A stretch of 63,038 bases of DNA from a bacterium (GTDB taxonomy: Bacteria > Patescibacteriota > Saccharimonadia > Saccharimonadales > SZUA-47): NCBI GenBank assembly GCA_030427125.1, contig JAUHXF010000003.1, positions 1 through 63,038 on the forward strand, in the 5' to 3' direction. The notes below the pieces were generated by a model. It was not told the DNA's origin. It ran no database searches and saw only the letters and a program-made list of their open reading frames with translations. Each line of letters opens with the position of its first letter. Positions within the stretch are counted from its first letter, which is position 1. Shown piece by piece: positions 8,278-16,531 of this stretch. A program made the translations under genes and the position numbers.

Positions 8278-10884
8278 TTACTTGCGTCTGTTTTTCTTTC
8301 GATTTTGACGCTGTGTCTTCTTCTTTTTCTTTGCTTCCGTTTTTCGCTTTGCTGAGCCAACCTGTACTGTCTTTACAACCTTAAAATCGTCTTCGCCAAG
8401 GTCTTCTGTCTCAACAATCTTGTCAGCATTATCTACTGATGAGCGCGCTGCACGCGTTAATTCAGTTTCTACATGATCGTGCGAATGATCATGTGGCACT
8501 GGGCGCGCATGGAATAACCCTCGTACAACATCGTGTCGTAATGTATGCTGCATTTCTTCAAAAATGTCTTTACTAAGCCGACGGTATTCAACCAGTGGAT
8601 TTCGCTGACCTACGGAGCTCCAATGAATACCTTGTCGCAAGTGGTCCATGTTCTCCAAGTGCTGCATCCAAAGATTGTCCATAATCTGAAGGTAAATATC
8701 ACGCTCAACCTTCTCCATAATGTCTTCACCAAAGCTTTTAGTCTGCTCTTTATACTTTGCCTCAACTTCTTTAATAAGCTCTTTCTCAAACTTGTCGGCT
8801 TCTACATCAAATAGTCGATCGAGCTGACTGTCTTCAAGTGAGAACGTCTCCTTAAGCTGCGCCTCAAACTCTTCTGTGTATGAGTCTGGTGATGCAACCA
8901 TTGCTGCAACTTGTTCTCGGATGAAATCTTTTACCTTGCCTGAGATGTTTGTGTTGTTCAATACTTCTCGGCGAATCTTATAGATTGCGACACGATGACG
9001 ATTCATCACGTCGTCATATTCAACGACATTCTTTCGCTGATCGAAGTTAAATCCTTCGACTCGTTTCTGTGCTGCTTCTAGGCTTCGAGATATAACACGG
9101 TTTTGTATTGGCGTCTCGTCATCAATATTTAGCCGCTGCATGATTGTTTTTATCCGATCACCGCCGAATACGCGCATCAAATCGTCTTCAGTGCTCACGT
9201 AAAATTGTGTTTCACCTGGATCGCCCTGACGACCTGAGCGTCCACGAAGCTGATTATCTATTCGCCGTGATTCATGTCGCTCTGAACCGATGACATACAA
9301 TCCGCCAAGTTCCTTCACGCCTTCTCCGAGCACAATGTCCGTACCGCGTCCTGCGATGTTTGTTGCAATGGTCACTGCACCTTTTTGACCTGCCTTTTCA
9401 ACGATACTTGCTTCACGCTCGTTGTTCTTTGCATTGAGCACTTGGTGCTTAACACCAGCCTTCTTCATGAGTCGGCTCAACTCTTCGTTATGCTGTACTG
9501 CTGATGTACCGATAAGAACTGGCTGTCCTTTTTCTTGCAGCTCTTTCGTCTGCGTAACAATTGCATTGTACTTGCCTACTTTTGTTCGGTAGATCTTATC
9601 TGATTTGTCATCACGAATAACAGGCTTATTCGTTGGAATAGAGACTACTTCGAGTGAGTATATTTGGTGGAACTCTTCCGCCTCAGTCTTTGCCGTACCA
9701 GTCATGCCTGACAGCTTGTCATAAAGTCGGAAGTAATTCTGGAAACTGATAGTAGCGAGCGTCATGGACTCTTCTTGAATCTCTACGTGTTCTTTTGCCT
9801 CAATAGCTTGGTGTAGTCCTTCGTTATAGCGTCGGCCCTTCAACATACGACCGGTGAACTGGTCGACAATAACGACTTCACCATCCTTTGATACAACATA
9901 ATCTTTATCTCGCTTGAATAACGCCTCGGCCTTCAGAGCCTGATCAAGGTGATATATCGTTCGAATATGTTGCGTCGCATACAGGTTATCGATGCCGAGC
10001 GCCTTTTCGACATAATTCACACCTTCATCTGTAAGCACGACACTTTTACGTTTTTCATCGACTTCATAGTGCTTGTCCCTTTTAAGCTGACGAGCTAGCT
10101 TCGAGAATTGCTCATAGCTTGCTCCACTGGTCGCTGAAGGTGCAGAAATAATAAGTGGCGTTCTCGCTTCATCAATCAAGATAGAGTCAACCTCGTCAAC
10201 AATGGCGAAGTTTAGTTCTCGTTGGCGTAACTGGTCGACTTCGCGCACCATGTTGTCGCGCAAATAGTCAAAACCGAACTCATTGTTCGTTCCGTACGTG
10301 ATGTCAGCAGCATATGCTTCTTGGCGTGTACATGGTCGAAGATGTTCGAACCGCGGATCGTCATGGTTCTCATCAGAATACTCAGGATCGAAGATAAACG
10401 ATTTGTCGGGGATAATGACTGCGCAACTCAATCCAAGGTAGTGATACACCGGACCCATCCAACCTGCACCGATGCGAGCAAGGTAATCGTTAACTGTCAC
10501 GAGGTGAGCACCCTTGCCTTCAATCGCATTAAGATATAGCGGCAAAGTGGCTACCAAGGTCTTACCTTCACCAGTTTTCATCTCAGCCACAGAACCTTCG
10601 TGCAAAACCATACCACCGATAAGCTGTACTTCGTAGTGTCGTTGCCCAAGCACACGATCGGCAACCTCGCGAACAGTCGCAAATGCATCAGGCATGATGG
10701 TGTCGAGCGTCTGCCCCTTTTTCTTTAATGTCTTTCGAAATTCGTCGGTCTTTTCCTTCAGCTGTTTTTCGGAATAGTTTTTATACTGATCCTCGAGTTC
10801 ATTAATATCTTTAACCCGTTTTTTTAGGCGTTTTAGTGTCTTAGCTTCTGGATCTCCCAGAACTTTTTTCGCGATTTTCTTCAC
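8278..10884 (-). CDS. secA: Preprotein translocase ATPase SecA
   Basis: DEAD-like motor motifs (MKTGEGKTLVATLP, IVDEVDSILIDEARTPLIIS, TNMAGRGTDI-like NIAGRGTDIVLG). The ORF-track start at 10941 is a TTG. GTG 10884 gives VKKIAKKVLGDPEAKTLKRL, which matches the usual SecA N-terminal length, so the start is uncertain by 19 codons. Confidence 0.9.
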   Translation of the reverse strand: MKKIAKKVLGDPEAKTLKRLKKRVKDINELEDQYKNYSEKQLKEKTDEFRKTLKKKGQTLDTIMPDAFATVREVADRVLGQRHYEVQLIGGMVLHEGSVAEMKTGEGKTLVATLPLYLNAIEGKGAHLVTVNDYLARIGAGWMGPVYHYLGLSCAVIIPDKSFIFDPEYSDENHDDPRFEHLRPCTRQEAYAADITYGTNNEFGFDYLRDNMVREVDQLRQRELNFAIVDEVDSILIDEARTPLIISAPSATSGASYEQFSKLARQLKRDKHYEVDEKRKSVVLTDEGVNYVEKALGIDNLYATQHIRTIYHLDQALKAEALFKRDKDYVVSKDGEVVIVDQFTGRMLKGRRYNEGLHQAIEAKEHVEIQEESMTLATISFQNYFRLYDKLSGMTGTAKTEAEEFHQIYSLEVVSIPTNKPVIRDDKSDKIYRTKVGKYNAIVTQTKELQEKGQPVLIGTSAVQHNEELSRLMKKAGVKHQVLNAKNNEREASIVEKAGQKGAVTIATNIAGRGTDIVLGEGVKELGGLYVIGSERHESRRIDNQLRGRSGRQGDPGETQFYVSTEDDLMRVFGGDRIKTIMQRLNIDDETPIQNRVISRSLEAAQKRVEGFNFDQRKNVVEYDDVMNRHRVAIYKIRREVLNNTNISGKVKDFIREQVAAMVASPDSYTEEFEAQLKETFSLEDSQLDRLFDVEADKFEKELIKEVEAKYKEQTKSFGEDIMEKVERDIYLQIMDNLWMQHLENMDHLRQGIHWSSVGQRNPLVEYRRLSKDIFEEMQHTLRHDVVRGLFHARPVPHDHSHDHVETELTRAARSSVDNADKIVETEDLGEDDFKVVKTVQVGSAKRKTEAKKKKKTQRQNRKKNRRK

Positions 10885-11021
10885 GTGATTACCCTTCTTT
10901 GATTCAGATGATACATGAAAGGGCTCAGCCTTTTGCAGCAATTCCCACCAATGCCTGTATCATACGTTGCTGACAGTATAGCGTATAACCCCTGTTCAAA
11001 ACCAGGGCAAATCAATGTTTC

Positions 11022-11405
11022 TTAACGCCTCTTAAACAACTTGCCAAATGCACGACGTGCACCGTTGTTTTTGCGCTTATCACTAGAGACTGAGTTCTTT
11101 TCTTTTCGACGTTTAATTTGCTTCTGAAGCTTCGCCTCAACAATATCAACTGCGGCGTGCATATTCACTGTAGATTCAGTGGCAGTAAGTTTGTAGTCTG
11201 GTGTGTGCAACACAACCTCGACGCTACACTTCTTACCACCCTTACCGGTGCTTTCTTTCAGCGTTACATCAGCACGAGCACCCTCTCGGTTTTTGCGCTG
11301 CATGTGGCGATCAAGCTTACCTACTTTTTTATAGATATATTTCTCCAGATCTTCAGTCGGTGCGTATGTCTTCTGTGGAGCAGAAATCTTTATATTTGTA
11401 ATCAT
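11022..11405 (-). CDS. hpf: Ribosome hibernation promoting factor (short HPF/RaiA family) with a basic C-terminal tail
   Basis: S30AE pattern: ITNIKISAPQKTYAPTEDLEKYIYKKVGKLDRH...VEVVLHTPDYKLTATESTVNMHAAVDIVEAKLQKQI. The hpf-secA neighbourhood is classic. Confidence 0.85.
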   Translation of the reverse strand: MITNIKISAPQKTYAPTEDLEKYIYKKVGKLDRHMQRKNREGARADVTLKESTGKGGKKCSVEVVLHTPDYKLTATESTVNMHAAVDIVEAKLQKQIKRRKEKNSVSSDKRKNNGARRAFGKLFKRR

Positions 11406-12697
11406 AGTACGTTCCTTCCTCCCATGTAGGGTTGTAACACTTTTGGTACACGAATCGACATGTCTTCGTTCTGATAGTTCTCTATTATGGCAGCGATAAT
11501 TCTCCCAAGAGCGAATGCAGTTGCGTCGTTGGTGTGCACCAGTTCTGTACCATTATTAGTCTTCGTTCTAATTTTAAGATCTCGTGCCTGATAGTCAGTC
11601 ATGTAGTCTGCGGTGTGGGTTTCGATGTATCGTTCTTGTCCTGGGAACCAGCAGTCAATATCTATGCCTGCCGCATTTGGCCTGCCTATATCTGCGGTAG
11701 ACTTACGAATAAATCTATAGTGCAGACCGAGTTGCTGCACTAAATATTCCTGAATTGCTATCAAAAGTTTATGTTCTTCAAGACCAGTTTCGGCATCTGA
11801 AAAAACTTCCATCTCTAGTTTGTCGAACTGATGCAGCCGGATAATACCTTCAGTATCTTTACCGTACGTGCCTGCTTCGCGTCGAAAACTAGGGCTGTAG
11901 GCGATATAACGAATCGGCAAATCATCAGCTTGAAGAACCTCATTCCAATACATAGTACACATTGTGTGCTCTGCACTAGCGTTTAGCCACAAATCATCTT
12001 GCTCAATTTTGTACGTCACGTTTTCTGCGTCAAGTCGTGCACTAGCCACATAAGGTTCTGTCCTTAGAAGTGCCGGCGGTAGAACTGGCATGAAAGCTTT
12101 CGGGGAAATGTTTAAGTCATTCTTATCTACAAGCTCTTGTAGCACATCCTCGTTAGTAAGCGTGTCCATAACAAACTGCATAATCGCGAACTGGAGCTGA
12201 ACTAATCCACCCTTCAAATAGACAAATCTACTGCCAGAAATTTTTGCTGCACGTTCTTTATCAAATAAATCTCTTACTTTGGCAATCTCCCAGTGAGTCT
12301 TTGGCTCAAAGCTAAACTCAGGCTTTACACCTTCTTCACGTTCTACAACATTATCTTCTTCCGTCTCACCTATTGGAACAAAATCCAAGGCTAAATTCGG
12401 GATTTTGCGCAGAAGTTCATAAAATTCTGTTTCAGAATCACGCAGCAAATTTTCGCGTTCGTTAAGCTCAACTTTAATTGTTTTACCTGCATCAATCAAC
12501 GACTGGTCAGGCTTGCCACCTTTCATCTGGTCTGATATTTCATTTCGTTTTTGACGTAAAGCTTCAACTTGTTGCAAAATTTCACGCAATTCTTTATCGC
12601 GTCTCAATAAATCTTCTACGTCAATTTGGACTTGTTTTTGCAATGCTTTTTGCGCGACCATCTCTGGGTTATCACGCAGTATTTGTATATCAATCAT
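11402..12697 (-). CDS. serS: Seryl-tRNA synthetase
   Basis: N-terminal coiled-coil arm (MIDIQILRDNPE...) and a class II core ending ...NDATAFALGRIIAAIIENYQNED. It overlaps the hpf start by 4 nt. Confidence 0.9.
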   Translation of the reverse strand: MIDIQILRDNPEMVAQKALQKQVQIDVEDLLRRDKELREILQQVEALRQKRNEISDQMKGGKPDQSLIDAGKTIKVELNERENLLRDSETEFYELLRKIPNLALDFVPIGETEEDNVVEREEGVKPEFSFEPKTHWEIAKVRDLFDKERAAKISGSRFVYLKGGLVQLQFAIMQFVMDTLTNEDVLQELVDKNDLNISPKAFMPVLPPALLRTEPYVASARLDAENVTYKIEQDDLWLNASAEHTMCTMYWNEVLQADDLPIRYIAYSPSFRREAGTYGKDTEGIIRLHQFDKLEMEVFSDAETGLEEHKLLIAIQEYLVQQLGLHYRFIRKSTADIGRPNAAGIDIDCWFPGQERYIETHTADYMTDYQARDLKIRTKTNNGTELVHTNDATAFALGRIIAAIIENYQNEDMSIRVPKVLQPYMGGRNVL

Positions 12698-12714
12698 CTA
12701 CTTTTAGTATACGC

Positions 12715-13509
12715 CTACTTTTGGCGGTTTTGAAGGGCTTCCAGTGTTAATTGTGTCCGAGCTTTTGCATACTCACAGTGTTCACACGGGCCACCCATTG
12801 CTGCTCGTCCAACTGGTGGCATGGTGTCACTATCCATGACTTTTTTCATTTCAAGCAAGGCCTTTTCGACCCATTCACTTGAGCCAGTGTGTGGGAAGAC
12901 GTACGTGTCGAACTCAACGACATTATTGAATCCATCCCTATCCTGCGTACCAGTTGCATAGACAAAATACCCCGTATCGCTCACATCAAATCCATTTTGC
13001 TTGAGCAACCATTGGTATATCTCCATTTGCCGCCTATACATGTCCTGCCAACCACCCTCAGGACCGAGCTTACGCACCGGCTTATCCTTAGCAGTTGCCT
13101 TATAATCGACAACGATAAGGTTGCCATTTTTATCAACCCAAACATCATCAACTGCACCGAATACATGTAGATTTGTAGGCTCATGCACGTGTGTGACTCC
13201 AGTAAAATTCTCCCGCCAAGTATCAAGTTCTTTATGTTTAAACGGTAGAATACCATCGAGATTGTTATCCTTCATGAGTGGGTGCTGTACGCCCTTTTCA
13301 CGGTAGACGTCAAACTCTTTTTTGAATAGTTCGTCAATCGCTTTATTGATATTGAACGGCGGACTACTCGGTCGCTTTATCTTTAATCGTACGTCGAGCC
13401 AGAAACAACGTGGACACTGCATGAATAACTCGATTTTTGATCGAGATACTTTAAACGGTTCACTCTGCCCTGGTTGATACGGCTTACTCCGCTCTTGCCA
13501 ATAATTCAT
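12715..13509 (-). CDS. PD-(D/E)XK nuclease superfamily protein, Cas4/RecB-nuclease-like with terminal Cys pairs
   Basis: CPRCFW near the N-terminus, GAVDDVWVDKNGNLIVVDYKA (D...D/E-x-K), QMEIYQWLL (QxxxY), and CEHCEY near the C-terminus. Confidence 0.6.
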   Translation of the reverse strand: MNYWQERSKPYQPGQSEPFKVSRSKIELFMQCPRCFWLDVRLKIKRPSSPPFNINKAIDELFKKEFDVYREKGVQHPLMKDNNLDGILPFKHKELDTWRENFTGVTHVHEPTNLHVFGAVDDVWVDKNGNLIVVDYKATAKDKPVRKLGPEGGWQDMYRRQMEIYQWLLKQNGFDVSDTGYFVYATGTQDRDGFNNVVEFDTYVFPHTGSSEWVEKALLEMKKVMDSDTMPPVGRAAMGGPCEHCEYAKARTQLTLEALQNRQK

Positions 13510-13514
13510 CCATC

Positions 13515-14195
13515 TTATTGTAGCAGTGCAGCGGCGGTAATCGCTGCCGTTTCAGCACGTAACGTAAATTCGCTCAGACTAATATGCTGGACCTTTCTCT
13601 CGACAAAATACTGTTTCTCATCATCAGTCCAGCCACCTTCAGGACCAACAAGCACGGCTACTTTTTCTGAGTATTGGCTCCTCGTTTCGCCTCCTTGCTC
13701 TGCGACAAAAACCACCACATCATCGGTCTGCATCTCATCAATAATCGCCTGTGGGCTTAATGGTTCTCTGACGCGAGGAATGTCGGCGCGGCCGCATTGT
13801 TCAGCTGCTTCAGTTACAATTTTCAAGGCTCGCTCACCGTCAAAACCAGTTTTCTCCGTCCTGTCGCACAGCATTGGCACAAAATGACTTACTCCTAACT
13901 CAGTACCCTTTTGCAATACCCAATCATTCTTATCTTTCTTGAGTAATGAAAAACACAAATACAGGTCCTTCGATGGGGTTTTAGGCGCCATCTCAGTAAC
14001 AAGCTCCAGGTGAAGCGCGTTATTGCCGATTTTAACAATCTTGTACAAACGCTCCTCTTTCACAGCATTGAATAATACAAGCTCTCTGCCTTCTTGAAAG
14101 CGAAGCACTCGTGTCATCTGATGAAAAAGACCTTCATCATCCATCCAGAAGTCTTTTGGCAATTCTCTATCCAGGTAAAATCTATGCAGTTTCAT
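13515..14195 (-). CDS. rsmE: 16S rRNA (uracil1498-N3)-methyltransferase RsmE
   Basis: MKLHRFYLD N-terminus, ...LQKGTELGVSHFVPM...EAAEQCGRADIPRV...VLVGPEGGWTDDE...LRAETAAITA. This is the SPOUT/RsmE pattern. Confidence 0.8.
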   Translation of the reverse strand: MKLHRFYLDRELPKDFWMDDEGLFHQMTRVLRFQEGRELVLFNAVKEERLYKIVKIGNNALHLELVTEMAPKTPSKDLYLCFSLLKKDKNDWVLQKGTELGVSHFVPMLCDRTEKTGFDGERALKIVTEAAEQCGRADIPRVREPLSPQAIIDEMQTDDVVVFVAEQGGETRSQYSEKVAVLVGPEGGWTDDEKQYFVERKVQHISLSEFTLRAETAAITAAALLQ

Positions 14196-15467
14196 TCACT
14201 TCAACTCTAGCACGATTAGTGATTCTATATGTGGTGTACGTGGGAAGAAGTTATACCCTCTCGCCTCTGTTACGCTATAGCATGATGACAACATATTGAC
14301 ATCTCTTGCCTGCGTAACTGGATTACAGCTGAGGTATATAACCTGCAGAGGTCGGACCTCTGCAATCTGCTTAATGACATCTTTGTGCAGTCCTGCTCGG
14401 GGCGGATCAAGTATCAAGATGGTATCTGAAGTTATGTGCTCGAGTGCTGTTTCGCTTGTAGCATGCACTACTTTTATATTTGCTCCGACCGTGTTCTGCT
14501 CCGCCATTGTTATGTTTGCGTCATCAGACTCTACAAGTGTCTTTGCGCCGACTGGTATACCAATTGTGCCGACTCCGGAATACATATCTACCGCTTCCCG
14601 TGCAGCAACTAGTTCTTTGATACGCCCTGCTACTTCTTCGAACACCGGTAGGTTGACCTGGAAAAATGATAATACATCATACATGATATTTTTGCCCAGC
14701 ACCGTATCCATAAGCTTTATATCACCCAGTGAATAAAGCTTCTTCGTAGGTACACTGGCTGGACTTTTTGGCTCAGAATAGTATATATCTAAGCCCTTTA
14801 GCTCCTTAGGTAAGTTAAAGTCAGCCATATCTAGCTCTTTTTTTATGAAAAGAGCTCCAACTACCTCGGAATCTGAATTTGACGGCTGATTTGCACGCAA
14901 AAGGATTGTCTTGAGGTCACCGCCCCACACACCCAAGCGGTTTAGCTCATCACGCACAGCCCTTGCTGCATCGTTAATGCAATCCATGGCGAGCGCACTT
15001 CCCTCAACCTTTTGCTTGCCGTGCGTACCTCGAACGTAGTGAGCGAGGTGTAACCCCTCGTCATCACCCCAAAAACCAAGTTCCATTTTATTTCGGTAGC
15101 CATACTCCTTTAAGCCAGAGTAGAGATCATCCCATTGAATCCCCTGGACACCTTCATGCTCAAAAGTTTCTTCTAATATCGCTTGTTTGTGCTGGTTCTC
15201 AGCCTCGAATGTCATTATCTGCCAAGGACTTGTAGATAAGTAACTTAAGGGTTCTTTCGGCTCTATTCTCTCCTTAGAAGGTTTATGTACTAATTCCGCG
15301 ACTCCCTCGAGATATGAGCTACGCTTTTTTGTCACGCGTACATCCACTAACTCCCCTGGCAAACCACCCCACACAAACACGGGCTTCCCTTCATGATGTG
15401 CTAGACACTGTCCACCATGAACAAGCTTCTCGAGCCGTAGATTCTCTAAAATAACTCTTTTGCGCAT
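14196..15467 (-). CDS. 23S rRNA (uracil-5)-methyltransferase, RumA/RlmD/TrmA family
   Basis: TRAM-like N-terminus (GGQCLAHHEGKPVFVWGGLPGELVDVRV), SAM-binding DMYSGVGTIG, and LDPPRAGL plus YLSCNP catalytic motifs. Confidence 0.8.
   Translation of the reverse strand: MRKRVILENLRLEKLVHGGQCLAHHEGKPVFVWGGLPGELVDVRVTKKRSSYLEGVAELVHKPSKERIEPKEPLSYLSTSPWQIMTFEAENQHKQAILEETFEHEGVQGIQWDDLYSGLKEYGYRNKMELGFWGDDEGLHLAHYVRGTHGKQKVEGSALAMDCINDAARAVRDELNRLGVWGGDLKTILLRANQPSNSDSEVVGALFIKKELDMADFNLPKELKGLDIYYSEPKSPASVPTKKLYSLGDIKLMDTVLGKNIMYDVLSFFQVNLPVFEEVAGRIKELVAAREAVDMYSGVGTIGIPVGAKTLVESDDANITMAEQNTVGANIKVVHATSETALEHITSDTILILDPPRAGLHKDVIKQIAEVRPLQVIYLSCNPVTQARDVNMLSSCYSVTEARGYNFFPRTPHIESLIVLELK
14344..14364. 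repeat. Copy 1 of a 21-nt perfect palindrome, tgcagaggtc-g-gacctctgca, inside the rRNA methyltransferase gene
   Basis: Exact 21-mer shared with 50472..50494 and 51532..51556. In this copy it encodes AEVRPLQ. Confidence 0.9.
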
Positions 15468-15483
15468 ATGCCACTCAATTCTA

Positions 15484-15513
15484 TCAAAAAGACCTCCCTG
15501 GTAGGAGGTCTTT
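15484..15513 (-). terminator. Rho-independent terminator after the heliorhodopsin gene
   Basis: The minus strand reads AAAGACCTCC-TACCAG-GGAGGTCTTT followed by TTGATAG. That is a 10-bp perfect stem running into a 5-U tract, 20 nt after the stop at 15533. Confidence 0.6.
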
Positions 15514-15532
15514 GGTTTATTCTACATTTTAC

Positions 15533-16495
15533 TTATGGTCGAAGTGTACCGGCGAAGATTTGCCATGCAAGTGCTGATTTCGCGACGAGCGAAAGAATCA
15601 TATACGCACGCTCACCGTAGAGGTAGTCGCTCCACTTACCTTTCCCTCGATATTGGAGCCACATATTGACTGCAAAGCTCATGAAGAACAGGAAGATGCT
15701 AACGTAAATCCAATATACGAATGTAGGGATATCGCCTGATCCGTACTGGTTTGCACCCCAGAAATACAAACCGACAACTGCCCATGGGCCAAGCCCTGCA
15801 ATCGTACCGACAACATAGCTGAGCCAGTTTGTCTTCTTTGTCGTCTGGTTGTGCACTTCCATAACGAGGCCACAAAGGTTCATTACAGCTGTTGCGCCAA
15901 AGATCATGAGGAGTGTAGATGCATCACTCACACCTGCCAGCATAGCTATCGCAATCATCATAACCGATGCACTTGCACTGTACTCGTACCAGCGGGCTTT
16001 ATTCATGCCGTCTTTGAGCTGTGCATTGTACTTCTTGCGACCGATAGTGGCGATGTATAGATGTGCAAGTGACGAGAGGAAGAAGAACGCAGCAACTAAA
16101 TACGCTAAGTTCACATCAAATAGCGAGCGCTGCGATTGTACGAGCACCGGAGCTCCCTCGCTAGAAGCTAATTGATCTTGCGTAATAAAATTAGTCGTTA
16201 CAGGAAAAAGACTATCTGATCGACTAAGGATAAGTACTGCTACACCCTGTGCAAAGTGCAATCCTGCCATAACCCAATTCCAAATATTGAGTTTAGCGAA
16301 TATGTCTTTCTTGACTGGTGATTTACTCGCAGCTTTCGCACTTACCTTTTTAGTAGTTGTCTTCTTTACTGGAGCCTTCTTCGTTGCAGACTTTGACTTT
16401 ACTGAAGCTGCCTTTGTCGTTGTTTTCTTTTTAGTTGTTGTCTTTTTGCGTGTCGATGTAGCGGTAGACTTCCGCTTTGTTGTAGTTGTTGCCAT
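15533..16495 (-). CDS. Heliorhodopsin with a lysine/threonine-rich N-terminal extension
   Basis: Seven hydrophobic helices. The C-terminus LQYRGKGKWSDYLYGERAYMILSLVAKSALAWQIFAGTLRP is close to the heliorhodopsin 48C12 C-terminus as I recall it, including the Schiff-base Lys in SLVAKSALAW. RWYEYS matches the counterion-Glu segment RWVEYS. Confidence 0.8.
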   Translation of the reverse strand: MATTTTKRKSTATSTRKKTTTKKKTTTKAASVKSKSATKKAPVKKTTTKKVSAKAASKSPVKKDIFAKLNIWNWVMAGLHFAQGVAVLILSRSDSLFPVTTNFITQDQLASSEGAPVLVQSQRSLFDVNLAYLVAAFFFLSSLAHLYIATIGRKKYNAQLKDGMNKARWYEYSASASVMMIAIAMLAGVSDASTLLMIFGATAVMNLCGLVMEVHNQTTKKTNWLSYVVGTIAGLGPWAVVGLYFWGANQYGSGDIPTFVYWIYVSIFLFFMSFAVNMWLQYRGKGKWSDYLYGERAYMILSLVAKSALAWQIFAGTLRP

Positions 16496-16502
16496 GCATA
16501 AA

Positions 16503-16511
16503 ATAATAGCA
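16503..16511 (-). promoter_or_regulatory. Candidate extended -10 promoter (TGCTATTAT) for the heliorhodopsin gene, leaderless geometry
   Basis: The minus strand reads TGCTATTAT, then 7 nt (TTTATGC), then ATG 16495, all inside the 36-nt gap after the VWA gene. Confidence 0.4.
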
Positions 16512-16531
16512 CACTTCTAAGGTGTTACCTG

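Noticed and set aside
14344-14364. Reading the coding copy of the palindrome as a Rickettsia-RPE-style in-frame insertion.
   Set aside because: The region aligns residue for residue with the RumA segment preceding the (V/L)SCNP motif, as I recall that sequence, with no seven extra residues. Simple insertion is therefore unlikely. The triple occurrence is still reported as a finding.
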